Positions 29,051 to 38,849 are shown, numbered from the stretch's first letter. The stretch is 64,000 nt of DNA from an uncultured Gammaproteobacteria bacterium (GCA_964535655.1 CAZHTP010000001.1:98573-162572); one strand, 5' to 3'. The notes: generated from the sequence alone by a model not told the origin. A program made the numbers and translations.

Positions 29051-30115
29051 ATGGATGACGAGAAATTTTTTATTAGTACATACAAAGAAGCAGGCTTGTT
29101 GGTAATTGAAGAGGTAAAAAAATACACTTCATTTTTTGCACCAACAATAAAAGAAAGTGACGCAATGCGCAAAGAGATTACGCGGTTTATTTTAGCTGGT
29201 GGAAAACGATTCCGTCCTTCGCTTTCTTATTTAGTTGCGAAATTTTATGGTGTCGATATGATGTTTCCGCATCTTGCGCTGGAAACGTTTCATAAGTATT
29301 TATTAACGCATGATGACATTATGGATCGTGATGATATACGCTACAGTGCGCCAACGGTGCATAAAAAATTGGAGGAGATTATTCATCCCTATACAAACGA
29401 CGCTGGAGAAAGACGACATTTTGGGAATGGGTTAGCAATTGTGGCTGGTGACATGATGGAAGCGGCTACCAATAAGATTATTTTGCAATCAGATTTAGAT
29501 GCTGATGTAAAAGTTCAATTGGTAGGGTTAGTGGCACAAGCGGCTGAAGAAGCGGCGTATGGATGGTATGACCAATTAATTATGGATTATATCCAACTTG
29601 ATTCTAAAGAGCTTTCTTATGAGCGAATTGAAACTTCTATAATTTGGGTGACTGGAAAATATACTATGAAATTTCCGTTACATTTTGGAATTGCTGTTGC
29701 CGGTGTTGGTGTACCAGAAGGGATTGATCACCTGGCTGATGATCTTGGTGTCTTATTTCAAACAGGTGATGATTTGATTGGTTTATTCGGCGATCCTGAA
29801 GCAACAGGGAAATCTAATTTTGGCGATATTGTACAAGGCAAAAAAACATTGCCGATGTGGTTTACCTTTGAACTCGCTAATGCGGGTGATCGGGAAGTGT
29901 TAAAACAACTCGTTGGTAAACAGAATTTAAGCCATGATGAAGCGGAAGTGGTGCGTGGAATTTGTAAAAATTCCGGTGCTTTTGATCGCGCTAAAGGGTT
30001 AATGCGCGAATATCGTGACGCCTGCCTTGGGCAGATTGATGGACTCGATATCCCAGCGGACATGAAAAAGTTTTTGCGCGGATTTGCGATATTTCTTGAG
30101 AAGCGGGATAGATAA
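29051..30115 (+). CDS. Polyprenyl diphosphate synthase (trans-prenyltransferase)
   Basis: GGKRFRP, FARM HDDIMDRDDIR, second motif FQ.GDDLIG, GDIVQGKKT. Confidence 0.92.
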   Translation: MDDEKFFISTYKEAGLLVIEEVKKYTSFFAPTIKESDAMRKEITRFILAGGKRFRPSLSYLVAKFYGVDMMFPHLALETFHKYLLTHDDIMDRDDIRYSAPTVHKKLEEIIHPYTNDAGERRHFGNGLAIVAGDMMEAATNKIILQSDLDADVKVQLVGLVAQAAEEAAYGWYDQLIMDYIQLDSKELSYERIETSIIWVTGKYTMKFPLHFGIAVAGVGVPEGIDHLADDLGVLFQTGDDLIGLFGDPEATGKSNFGDIVQGKKTLPMWFTFELANAGDREVLKQLVGKQNLSHDEAEVVRGICKNSGAFDRAKGLMREYRDACLGQIDGLDIPADMKKFLRGFAIFLEKRDR

Positions 30116-30161
30116 TTCATTTCCTCTTTCCAAATCATTGCAGCAATGCTACTTTAATCTT

Positions 30162-31970
30162 ATGGATCGAATTGTCAATAAATTTACGTGGAAGATGGGT
30201 GGAGAAGCCGGGTTCGGGGTAAACTCTTCTGGTTTATTATTCACTCGTTTCTGTATGCGGTATGGGCTCTCTGCCTTTGAATACTCTGAGTATCCTTCAC
30301 TCGTTCGCGGTGGTCATCAAACTTCGCAAGTGAGTGTTGATGAGGCTTTAGTTACGTCTGAACATTTTAATGTGGATTTACTCGTTGCTTTAAATAAGCA
30401 ATCTATTGATTTGCACAAAGAAGAACTATCGAGTGGTTCTGCAGTCATATATGATAGCGCACAGTTTTCTTTGTCTTCACCGGAAGATTTCCTTGGTCGT
30501 AAAGCGTCACAAGTAGTACTGCTTGGTGTGCCGCTAACAGAAATTGCAATCGAATATGCAAACCTAAATCTATTACGAAATACGGTAGCCTTGGGTGCCA
30601 GTTTGGCACTGCTTGGTGCTGATGTTACATTGCTATTCAATCTCGTTGAAGAAGAATTTGCCCGTAAAGAACCGGAAGTAGCCCAGATGAATAGAGAGGC
30701 GATTCAAAAAGGGTATGATTATGTGATGCAGCATTATGCTGGACTAGTGGAATCCTATCCGTTTAAGATGGAGCGAATTACTGCTCAAGACAAGCGAATA
30801 ACGGTTTCAGGAAATGAAGCGATTGGTTTGGGTGCGATACAAGGCGGCATTGAATTTTATGGTGGCTATCCTATGACACCATCGTCAACGATTCTAGCCT
30901 TTATGGCTGCAAATCAATATGATTTTGGTTATGTGGTTAAGCATGCAGAAGATGAAATTGCCGTTGTGAATATGACTGTTGGTGCATCATTTGCCGGAGC
31001 ACGCGCCATGTGTGTGACAAGCGGTGGTGGTTTTGCGTTAATGGAAGAAGGTATTGGATTGGCTGCGATTACTGAGACACCGCTTGTTGTTGTTGATGTG
31101 CAGCGACCTGGCCCTGCAACTGGTTTGCCAACCTGGACTGATCAGGGAGATTTACGATTCGTGTTACATGCCGCACAGGGCGAAGCGTTCCGTGTTGTGA
31201 TTGCGCCAGGTGACATGGATGAATGTTATCGTGGAATACAAATGGCGCTGAATCTCGCTGAAAAATACCAAATCCCCGCAATTGTGTTATCGGATAAATG
31301 GTTAGGCGAGTCGCATGCGGTTGTTTTGAGCTTTGATCCGAAGGCAATCCCTATTGAACGGGGAAAGTTAATTTTAGAAGATTCGCAATTAAGTAAGTAC
31401 AATACTATTAACTCAGATAAAGGAGTGTATGGTCGTTATCTGCCAACCAACGATGGAGTGAGTCCGCGTACTGTTCCTGGTGTAAAAGATGGCGTATACC
31501 TTGCTAATAGTGATGAGCACGAAGAGCATGGGTATACCAGCGAAGAAGCTGATGTTCGTATTGAGCAGGTAGATAAGCGGATGTTTAAATTGCCGCATGT
31601 GCTAAAGGAATTACCCGGCCCAGAAATTTATGGCAATGAATTTTCAAGTATTTTGTTGGTTGGATGGGGGTCTACTAAGGGCCCAATTCTTGAAGCATTA
31701 AAAATGGTCCGAGAGGAGCTTGATACATCAGTTGCGTTTATGCATATGATGTACCTGTGGCCGTTTCATACTGAGATGGTAAAAACAGCATTAATGCGTT
31801 ACCGACGCATTATTATCGTAGAAAATAATTCAACAGCGCAATTTGCCGGGCTGATTGCGGAGATGACAGGTGCTTTGTTAACTGAGCGATGGCTTAAATA
31901 TGATGGTCGTCCATTTTGGCCCGAGGAACTTGCTGCGAAAATAAAGAATGTTATTCAGATGAAAGGGTAG
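30162..31970 (+). CDS. korA: 2-oxoacid:ferredoxin oxidoreductase subunit alpha (gamma-alpha fusion)
   Basis: GGEAGFGV, SLVRGGH, GNEA, YPMTPSS, EDEIA, TSGGGFALM.E, QRPGPATGLPT. Confidence 0.93.
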   Translation: MDRIVNKFTWKMGGEAGFGVNSSGLLFTRFCMRYGLSAFEYSEYPSLVRGGHQTSQVSVDEALVTSEHFNVDLLVALNKQSIDLHKEELSSGSAVIYDSAQFSLSSPEDFLGRKASQVVLLGVPLTEIAIEYANLNLLRNTVALGASLALLGADVTLLFNLVEEEFARKEPEVAQMNREAIQKGYDYVMQHYAGLVESYPFKMERITAQDKRITVSGNEAIGLGAIQGGIEFYGGYPMTPSSTILAFMAANQYDFGYVVKHAEDEIAVVNMTVGASFAGARAMCVTSGGGFALMEEGIGLAAITETPLVVVDVQRPGPATGLPTWTDQGDLRFVLHAAQGEAFRVVIAPGDMDECYRGIQMALNLAEKYQIPAIVLSDKWLGESHAVVLSFDPKAIPIERGKLILEDSQLSKYNTINSDKGVYGRYLPTNDGVSPRTVPGVKDGVYLANSDEHEEHGYTSEEADVRIEQVDKRMFKLPHVLKELPGPEIYGNEFSSILLVGWGSTKGPILEALKMVREELDTSVAFMHMMYLWPFHTEMVKTALMRYRRIIIVENNSTAQFAGLIAEMTGALLTERWLKYDGRPFWPEELAAKIKNVIQMKG

Positions 31971-31975
31971 TTATT

Positions 31976-32839
31976 ATGGATGTGCATGCTGCAAAAAAAT
32001 TTAATACTCGACATAAACCTACCTGGTGTCCGGGGTGTGGTGACTATAGTATTTGGCATGCTCTTAAAATGACGATTGCTGAAAATGGGTGGGAACCACA
32101 TCAGTTTTGTATCGTGTACGACATTGGTTGCAGTGGAAATATGTGTTCATTTGTAAATGCGTATGGTTTTCATGGCCTGCACGGTCGTTCACTTCCCGTT
32201 GCCGCGGGAATAAAAATTTCTAATCATGATTTACCCATAATTGTTGTTGGTGGTGATGGTGGTTTGTATGGCGAAGGGATGGGGCATTTTATTCATTTCA
32301 TGCGGGCTAATCATGACATAACGATGCTTGTACATGATAACCAGATTTACGGATTAACAACCGGGCAGACATCGCCAACTACCGAAAAAGGGCAGAAAAC
32401 AAAATCTAATCCTCTTGGTGGTATTGAAATTCCAATCAATCCCTTGGTGATGGCAATTGCATCGGGTGCTACGTTTGTTGCTCGTGGCTTTGCAGGGGAC
32501 ACAGAAGGCACTGCAGCACTTATTAAGAAGGCGATAGATCATAAAGGCTTTTCACTTGTTGATGTCTTCCAGCCCTGTGTAACATTTAATAAGCACAATA
32601 CGTATGAATGGTTTAAAGAACGGATTTATGATTTATCTGCCACTGACTATGTTCCGAATGATCGCAATGGAGCGTTTGCTAAAGCGAATGAATTTGACAA
32701 GCTTCCAATTGGTGTTGTTTATGAAGATACCTCTCGTTTAACATACGAAGAAGAGTTGCCACAACTTAAGGAGCAGACTCTTATTAAGCATGATACTGTT
32801 AATCGTGATATAACAAATTTGTTACAAACCTATATGTAG
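31976..32839 (+). CDS. korB: 2-oxoacid:ferredoxin oxidoreductase subunit beta
   Basis: WCPGCGD, IGCS, HGLHGR, GGDGG, DNQIYGLTTGQTSPT, QPCVTFN. Confidence 0.93.
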   Translation: MDVHAAKKFNTRHKPTWCPGCGDYSIWHALKMTIAENGWEPHQFCIVYDIGCSGNMCSFVNAYGFHGLHGRSLPVAAGIKISNHDLPIIVVGGDGGLYGEGMGHFIHFMRANHDITMLVHDNQIYGLTTGQTSPTTEKGQKTKSNPLGGIEIPINPLVMAIASGATFVARGFAGDTEGTAALIKKAIDHKGFSLVDVFQPCVTFNKHNTYEWFKERIYDLSATDYVPNDRNGAFAKANEFDKLPIGVVYEDTSRLTYEEELPQLKEQTLIKHDTVNRDITNLLQTYM

Positions 32840-32851
32840 GGGGTGATCTGT

Positions 32852-33019
32852 TTGATTCGCACTACTCTTGAATTAACTGTTGAAGAAATTGAGCTCATCT
32901 TAGATAGCCTTGGTGTTGAAGAGCCAAGTGAGCATCATGTGAAGATCGAGTTGCGCCGTAAACTGCATGAAATGTTACTTGCCCTTCGTGAACGTCATTC
33001 TAAAGCTGGGATGGCGTAA
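32852..33019 (+). CDS. Small helical hypothetical protein (55 aa, not in the ORF track)
   Basis: GGGGGTGA RBS then TTG; reads MIRTTLELTVEEIELILDSLGVEEPSEHHVKIELRRKLHEMLLALRERHSKAGMA. A hairpin follows directly. Confidence 0.6.
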   Translation: MIRTTLELTVEEIELILDSLGVEEPSEHHVKIELRRKLHEMLLALRERHSKAGMA

Positions 33020-33046
33020 AAATCTGCGCCATTGAGGCGCAGATTT
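33020..33046. terminator. Hairpin terminator between convergent genes
   Basis: aaatctgcgcc-attga-ggcgcagattt. Confidence 0.7.
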
Positions 33047-33073
33047 ACAATAAATTTAAAGTTGGGTGGCTGT

Positions 33074-33322
33074 TTAGATACTTGCAACAATTTCTAATTG
33101 TTTCTGGTGAATACGTGCGAGGCGTTGTTGACGTGCGACTTCTTTTCGTTCGCGCTCTTTTGTTTTTTGAAGTAGCATGTCATCTACTTTTTCCTGGCAT
33201 TCTTTATCGGGGCATGCAGTTTTTGATTTGCGTGTTTTTGTTCCGTTCGCTTCTTCTTCCTCCCATTCTTCTACGGTTATGCGTTGTTGTCCGCAACGTA
33301 TGCACAAGTTAAATATAGTCAT
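33074..33322 (-). CDS. Small Cys4 (zinc-ribbon-like) protein with coiled-coil tail
   Basis: CIRCG...ACPDKEC followed by a charged helix. Confidence 0.65.
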   Translation of the reverse strand: MTIFNLCIRCGQQRITVEEWEEEEANGTKTRKSKTACPDKECQEKVDDMLLQKTKERERKEVARQQRLARIHQKQLEIVASI

Positions 33323-33609
33323 AGGGGCAGCTCCTTCTGACGCTTCATGCGTCGCAGCTATGGTACTAATAAATTATTACTATTATTTTTTATTAAGCAA
33401 TTGAAGATAGAAAGTTTGTGTGGGAGAAAAAAATTCGTATCTATGTCTATAGGGCAGTTACTCATATCTAAAGGTATGTATACTATATACCAAATATATC
33501 ATTTTTCAAGTGAGCGTAATGATATAAAGTTTTCTTTGCGTAATGTGAGCTTGATAAAATTAATATTTAAAAAACTTATATTAAATAAACGTTTAGTACT
33601 AGAATAACG

Positions 33610-33813
33610 TTGGAAGAGATTTCTTTAGATACCGCCTCTAAAATTTGGAATGTGACTTTGGGTATTCATGGAGAAACTGATAATCCGGTTTATTTGGCTC
33701 AAGGATTAAAAGAGACTTTACAATATAAGTCTTTCAAAATTGATGCTAAGACTGGCGAAGTAATATCTATGGATATAAAATTGATTAATTGTCCAAATTT
33801 GAAGAATGATTAA
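33610..33813 (+). pseudogene. 5'-truncated remnant of a small gene upstream of a PIN-domain gene
   Basis: LEEI...WNVTLG...YKSFKIDAKTGEVISMDI. An in-frame stop lies just upstream. AT-rich; overlaps the PIN start. Confidence 0.45.
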
Positions 33814-34163
33814 ACTTATTCTTGATACGAATATTCTTCTTGTCTATTTAATAGGATGCTACCGTCCAGAGCTAACATCTCGAAATTCTAGAACTTCAAG
33901 TTATGATAAAGAGGATTTCTACTCTATAGAAAAATATATTGAAGGCAAATGCTTAGTTATAACTCCTTATATTCTAGCTGAAATTTCAAATTTATCGTTA
34001 TATATTAAGGAACCTGGACTTACTGAGTATTAATCAACCTCGACTACTTTCAACCTTTGGATTTACAGACTTATCTATAGTTGCACTGTTAAAAGATAAA
34101 ACGATATCTCTTTTATCTGATGATTCTTCTTTTGTTTGCGCTGGTTTAAGAACTAATTGTTGA
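33806..34163 (+). pseudogene. Frameshifted PIN-domain nuclease
   Basis: LILDTNILL...ITPYILAEISNL stops at 34033. The C-terminal PIN motifs FGFTDLSI...LLSDD continue in another frame to 34163. Confidence 0.7.
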
Positions 34164-34220
34164 CAATCTTGACTTATCCACCAACATATATATAATAAAT
34201 AGTGTAATTGAAGTTTATCG

Positions 34221-34249
34221 AAGCGGGTTCCTTGGGGCCTGCTTTTTTT
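34221..34249 (+). promoter_or_regulatory. Terminator-like hairpin in the nusA leader (possible attenuator)
   Basis: aagcgggttcc-tt-ggggcctgctt plus T-run. Sits between TTGACT...TATAAT (34169-34196) and the nusA RBS. Confidence 0.6.
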
Positions 34250-34263
34250 ATAGGAGAAAATGT

Positions 34264-35286
34264 ATGGATTTATCACAAGCACGAACAGAGTTTGCTTCGG
34301 CGTTGCGCCAGGTCTGTGCTGAGCGTGGAATTGAGGTTGAAGCAGTACTTGAGACGATCAAAGCCGCTATTTTGGCTGCATATCGTAAGGAAGCTAATCT
34401 TGAAACAACCGACGACTTGAATGTTGAAGTTGACGCTGAAACAGGGGAGCTTGGTATATTTCAGGACGGTAAGAATATTACTCCAGCTGGATTTGGTCGT
34501 ATTGCTTCACAAACCGCTAAACAGGTTATTTTACAGAGAATTCGCGAAGCAGAAAAAGCAGCCCTTGTTAAAGAATATGAGGCTAAGATTGGTACCATTC
34601 AGAATGGTATGATTCAGCGTTTTGATCAGGGCAACTGCATAGTTGACCTTGGTAGGGCTGAAGCAATTATGCCTCGTGAAGAGCAGGTACAACGTGAGAG
34701 ATATCGCATTAACCAAAGATTAACCTTCTATATTGCGGAAATTCGTCAGACAGAGCGGGGAGCACAAATTATTGTATCCCGTTCCCGCCCAGAATTGGTT
34801 GAAGAGATCTTCCGCCGTGAAGTTCCGGAAATCGCTTCTGGTGCTGTAGAAGTTAAAGGCATAGCTCGCGAGGGTGGCTCACGTACTAAGATCGCTGTTT
34901 ATAGCAAACAGACTGGTGTTGACCCTGTAGGGTCATGCGTTGGTCAAAAAGGCGTACGTGTTCAGGCTGTTATTTCGGAAATTGGCGAAGAGCGAATTGA
35001 CGTTATCCAATTCAGCGACGATACTGCTAAATTTATTGCGGCCTCACTTGCACCAGCAAAGGGAGTGCTTGTAGACCTTAACAAAGAAGAGCATTCGGCT
35101 TTGGTAACATGTCCAACCGATCAATTGTCGCTTGCTATTGGTAAAGATGGGCAGAATGTTCGCTTAGCTGTGAAATTAACTGGGTGGAAAATAGATATTA
35201 AAGGACCAAAGGGAAGTGAAACAGAGCAGCCAGCTGATATTACTGCCGAAACAGCAAAACCAGAGGAAGTAGCAACCGAAGCTTAA
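34264..35286 (+). CDS. nusA: Transcription termination factor NusA
   Basis: FGRIASQTAKQVILQRIREAE, EVPEI, DPVGSCVG.KG.RV, LSLAIGKDGQNVRLA.KLTGWKIDI. Confidence 0.98.
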   Translation: MDLSQARTEFASALRQVCAERGIEVEAVLETIKAAILAAYRKEANLETTDDLNVEVDAETGELGIFQDGKNITPAGFGRIASQTAKQVILQRIREAEKAALVKEYEAKIGTIQNGMIQRFDQGNCIVDLGRAEAIMPREEQVQRERYRINQRLTFYIAEIRQTERGAQIIVSRSRPELVEEIFRREVPEIASGAVEVKGIAREGGSRTKIAVYSKQTGVDPVGSCVGQKGVRVQAVISEIGEERIDVIQFSDDTAKFIAASLAPAKGVLVDLNKEEHSALVTCPTDQLSLAIGKDGQNVRLAVKLTGWKIDIKGPKGSETEQPADITAETAKPEEVATEA

Positions 35287-35304
35287 AAACTATATAATAG
35301 ATGT

Positions 35305-35535
35305 ATGGCGAAGAAACAGAAACCTTCGCGAACGTGTGTTGGATGTCATACCGTGCGTCCCAAGAATGAACTCGTGCGCTTTGTACGAACATCCAAAGGA
35401 ACAGTTGTTGAAGATCCTACCTCACGATTGCGAGGTAGAGGAGCATATGTATGTTCCGAAACAAAAGAGCGTTGCTTGGTTTTAGCAATTAAAAAACGCG
35501 CTTTTGATCGAGCTTTGCCCGGAAAGGTTATTTGA
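35305..35535 (+). CDS. ylxR: YlxR/RnpM family protein
   Basis: P.RTCVGC...K.ELVRFV, GRGAYVC. Lies between nusA and infB. Confidence 0.9.
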   Translation: MAKKQKPSRTCVGCHTVRPKNELVRFVRTSKGTVVEDPTSRLRGRGAYVCSETKERCLVLAIKKRAFDRALPGKVI

Positions 35536-35536
35536 A

Positions 35537-37018
35537 ATGTTAGAAGATACTACTACCGTTCGACCACCAATTGTTGCCGTAATGGGACATGTTGACCATG
35601 GGAAAACAACCCTTTTGGATTATATTCGAAAGGCAAATGTTGCAGCTTCCGAGCATGGCGGTATCACTCAGCATTTAGGTGCGTATCAGGTAGTAACCGA
35701 TCAAGGGAAAGCTATAACTTTTTTGGATACTCCAGGACACGCTGCGTTTGAAGGAATTCGTAAGCGCGGAGGGGAAGTTGCGGATATTGTTATCTTGGTG
35801 GTGGCTGCGGATGACGGTGTGATGCCACAAACTAAAGAAGCAATTCGCCATATTAAAAATGCTGGTAGTGTTATGATTGTGGCTTTTAATAAGGTAGATC
35901 TTCCTGATGCCAATATCGATCATGTTAAGCAACAACTTGCTGAAAACGATGTCTTAGTTGAAAGCTATGGGGGAGATGTGGTTTCTGTTGAAATAAGCGC
36001 AAAAAGCGGCCAAGGAGTTGATCAGCTTCTTGAAATGATTTCACTTGTCTCTGATTTACTTGAACTTAAAGCCGACCCAAAGGCACCGGTTGTTGCGTTT
36101 ACTCTTGAATCCCGAATGGACAAAGCAGGACCTTTAGCGAGTTTACTTGTTAAGCGGGGAACTCTCAAAACAGGAATGGATATTGAGATAGATGGCTCAC
36201 TTGGCCGTATTCGTGCCATGAAGAATGATAAAGGGCAGATTGTTAAAGAAGTTTCACCTTCACAGGCTGCTGAAATTACTGGTTTTTCGAAATTACCTGA
36301 AGCAGGAACAATCTTTATTGAAGAAAACAGTAAACTGTCGACTAGCGAAAGCGTTGGCGCCTTAACAGTACGCCACGTAGCTTTGCAGAACGAAAATGTA
36401 TCAGATTTATTCTCGTCACTTAAAACTGACCGGTATCCGGTGATTCTTAAAGCTGACGTGGCAGGTTCACTTGAAGCGCTAGTTGCGAATATTCCACGAT
36501 TAAATGAAGTTCAGGTTATTGACCAGGGAATTGGTGATGTAGGTGAGTCTGATGTAATGAAAGCTCGTGGTACCAGTGCACGTATTTATTCCTTTAATGT
36601 AGGGATGAATGGCACAACGCGTAAACTCGCTCGGGATGAGAAGGTAGAGGTTAAAGAATATAAAATTATCTATAAGCTATTTGAAGACATGGAAAAAGAT
36701 ATTGTCGATTACTTCACCAAAGCTCCAACAGAGACAATTTCTGGCAAGGCGTTGGTACAAAAGGTATTCGCAGCCTCGACTGGTGGAAAAATTGCTGGTG
36801 TTAAAGTTACTGAAGGGGTGATGCAGGTTGGTGCTACCGTACGTGTAATGCGAGGCGAAACAGAAGTAGGTCGCGGTAAGATTGTCACGGTTAAGAAGTT
36901 GAAAGAGGATGTTCCTCGTATTTCTGCCGGGCAAGAGGGTGGATTAACTTTTGATACCCCAATCGAATTCGCTGAATCTGATATAGTAGAATACTACAAG
37001 CCTATTACAAAAGCCTAA
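35537..37018 (+). CDS. infB: Translation initiation factor IF-2 (no N-terminal domains)
   Basis: RPPIVAVMGHVDHGKTTLLD, GGITQH, DTPGH, NKVD, LKADV.GSLEA. Confidence 0.97.
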   Translation: MLEDTTTVRPPIVAVMGHVDHGKTTLLDYIRKANVAASEHGGITQHLGAYQVVTDQGKAITFLDTPGHAAFEGIRKRGGEVADIVILVVAADDGVMPQTKEAIRHIKNAGSVMIVAFNKVDLPDANIDHVKQQLAENDVLVESYGGDVVSVEISAKSGQGVDQLLEMISLVSDLLELKADPKAPVVAFTLESRMDKAGPLASLLVKRGTLKTGMDIEIDGSLGRIRAMKNDKGQIVKEVSPSQAAEITGFSKLPEAGTIFIEENSKLSTSESVGALTVRHVALQNENVSDLFSSLKTDRYPVILKADVAGSLEALVANIPRLNEVQVIDQGIGDVGESDVMKARGTSARIYSFNVGMNGTTRKLARDEKVEVKEYKIIYKLFEDMEKDIVDYFTKAPTETISGKALVQKVFAASTGGKIAGVKVTEGVMQVGATVRVMRGETEVGRGKIVTVKKLKEDVPRISAGQEGGLTFDTPIEFAESDIVEYYKPITKA

Positions 37019-37060
37019 TCTGTGGTATAATCCGCCTACTATTTATTAGAGATTTTACCT

Positions 37061-38440
37061 ATGGACCCGCAAAATAACCTTAAACAATTGCAGGATTTAT
37101 TTAATCAGGCTAAGGATATTCTTGTAATTACTAAAGAGAACCCAACTATTGATGGATTGTGCGCCTGTTTGGCTCTGAAAGCTGCTTTTTCTCAGAAAAT
37201 GGACATGCAAGGCAAGAAGAAGAATGTTACCCTGGCTGTTTCTAAACGTAATGGATCTCAGTATTCGCTATTGCCTGGCTTTGATCAGATTGTTTCTGAG
37301 CTTGGTCTACGTGATTTGGTGATTGGGGTTAATGGGTTTGTTGAAGGATCAATTGAAAATGTTAACTGGTATGTTGATAAAGGGCGATTAAACGTTGTTT
37401 TTAAGTCAAATCCGGCTGTTCCAATGCAATTTGATCTCAAAAACCTTGATCCATTTTATGCGGGCGCTAATTTTGATGTTGTAATTGTCGTTGATGCCAA
37501 TAGTCCTCAGGATTTAGGTAATGCGTATAAGCAGGATCCGGGAATGTATTCCGAGTTACCAGTAATTAATATCTCTAATAGTCAGCCTAACACTCGCTTT
37601 GGTCGAATCAATATTGTGGATTCCAGCGTCCCTTCAGTTTGTGAGTTAGCCTTTCAATTAGCTCAAATCGCTCAGCTAAATGTAATGGGCGATGTTGCTA
37701 CGTTATTTTTAAACGGGATAATGGAAGCCACGGATAATTTGTCTCGCAAAGGACAACAAACTGAAACAATTGTGAACCAATTAGTCGCCTTTGGTGGTCG
37801 CCAATTGGATATTAATGCTATCCGTAATCAGGCTAGTTTGCCGACACTGCCAGTTCATAAGAATCCTCCGCCTGTAACTCCTCCTGCCCCTGCGGTGGGT
37901 CAAATGCCTCCAGGAATGTACGGACAATATCCTCCAGGAATGCCGTATCCACCATATATGCCTCCACAAGGCCAATATGGACAGTATCCAATGCCACCAA
38001 TTGGGTATTATCCTGGTCAGTATCCGATGCCTCCACAAGTATATCCCCAGTATCCTCAGGTTCCACCACAGTATGTTCCACAACCCGATCCAAATATGCC
38101 AGTTCAACAGGAATGGAACAGCCAACAAACTCAGGAACCAATGGAAGAATATGATGCTGAAGTGCCTTCAATTGAGCACGATTTAACACAAAGTCAAACG
38201 TATATTCCAACTGTTGAACCGACATCATACGCCCATGTTGAGCCATCTATTTATATGCCTGGAATTTCCCAGCAGCCTGATGCGTATCAACCTGGCACTG
38301 ATTACGAATGGAATGATCAATCCCAGCAGTATGCTCCGCAACAGCAAGATATCCCGCTTGAAGAGCAAAAAGAGCAGCAAAAGGCACCCGATTTTAATGC
38401 TCCTCCTACAGGATTTGTGCCTGGTGAACGAAAATCGTAA
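37061..38440 (+). CDS. Degenerate DHH/NrnA-like protein with P/Q/Y-rich low-complexity C-terminus
   Basis: DHH-like motif order (ENPTIDG; FDVVIVVDA; PVINISNS..NTRFGRINIV; GIMEAT), but the DHH residues are replaced. Usual nrnA position after infB. Confidence 0.65.
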   Translation: MDPQNNLKQLQDLFNQAKDILVITKENPTIDGLCACLALKAAFSQKMDMQGKKKNVTLAVSKRNGSQYSLLPGFDQIVSELGLRDLVIGVNGFVEGSIENVNWYVDKGRLNVVFKSNPAVPMQFDLKNLDPFYAGANFDVVIVVDANSPQDLGNAYKQDPGMYSELPVINISNSQPNTRFGRINIVDSSVPSVCELAFQLAQIAQLNVMGDVATLFLNGIMEATDNLSRKGQQTETIVNQLVAFGGRQLDINAIRNQASLPTLPVHKNPPPVTPPAPAVGQMPPGMYGQYPPGMPYPPYMPPQGQYGQYPMPPIGYYPGQYPMPPQVYPQYPQVPPQYVPQPDPNMPVQQEWNSQQTQEPMEEYDAEVPSIEHDLTQSQTYIPTVEPTSYAHVEPSIYMPGISQQPDAYQPGTDYEWNDQSQQYAPQQQDIPLEEQKEQQKAPDFNAPPTGFVPGERKS

Positions 38441-38559
38441 GGGATTCTTTTCAAGATTGACTTAGTCGTGTATAATGCTTTAATCATTATTTTAGATAGG
38501 TCGAAGATGGTGGTTTAAATGTGGAGTTCCACTTTTGTTACTACTGCTTACGAAAACAT

Positions 38560-38829
38560 ATGGCTTTAGCTAACGACGCTAAAAAGACTATTATTTCTAC
38601 AAACCAGATCCATCAAGGTGATACTGGGTCTCCTGAAGTTCAGGTAGCTATTCTCTCAGAGCGAATCACTCGTCTTACAGAGCATTTGAAGCTTCACAAA
38701 GGTGATAATCACTCTCGACGTGGTCTTTTGCAGATGGTAAATAAGCGCCGAAGACTCCTTATGTATCTTATGAAGAAAGATCCAGAGCGATATAAGTCCG
38801 TTGTTGCTAAAGTTGGCTTGTCCAAGTAA
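38560..38829 (+). CDS. rpsO: 30S ribosomal protein S15
   Basis: [39 protein letters not shown]. Confidence 0.98.
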   Translation: MALANDAKKTIISTNQIHQGDTGSPEVQVAILSERITRLTEHLKLHKGDNHSRRGLLQMVNKRRRLLMYLMKKDPERYKSVVAKVGLSK

Positions 38830-38849
38830 CACTCTTAATGAGAGTATTT

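Noticed and set aside
33347-33607. 86-aa ORF in the AT-rich patch
   Set aside because: No RBS or motif, and its composition is typical of non-coding AT-rich DNA; at most part of the decayed module.
37840-38100. Short DNA repeats such as cagtatcc and atgcctcca
   Set aside because: Explained by the P/Q/Y/M low-complexity protein sequence; not an independent DNA array.
38490-38559. S15 autoregulatory leader RNA
   Set aside because: Some pairing is possible (gtgga/tccac), but it could not be matched to a known S15 leader class.
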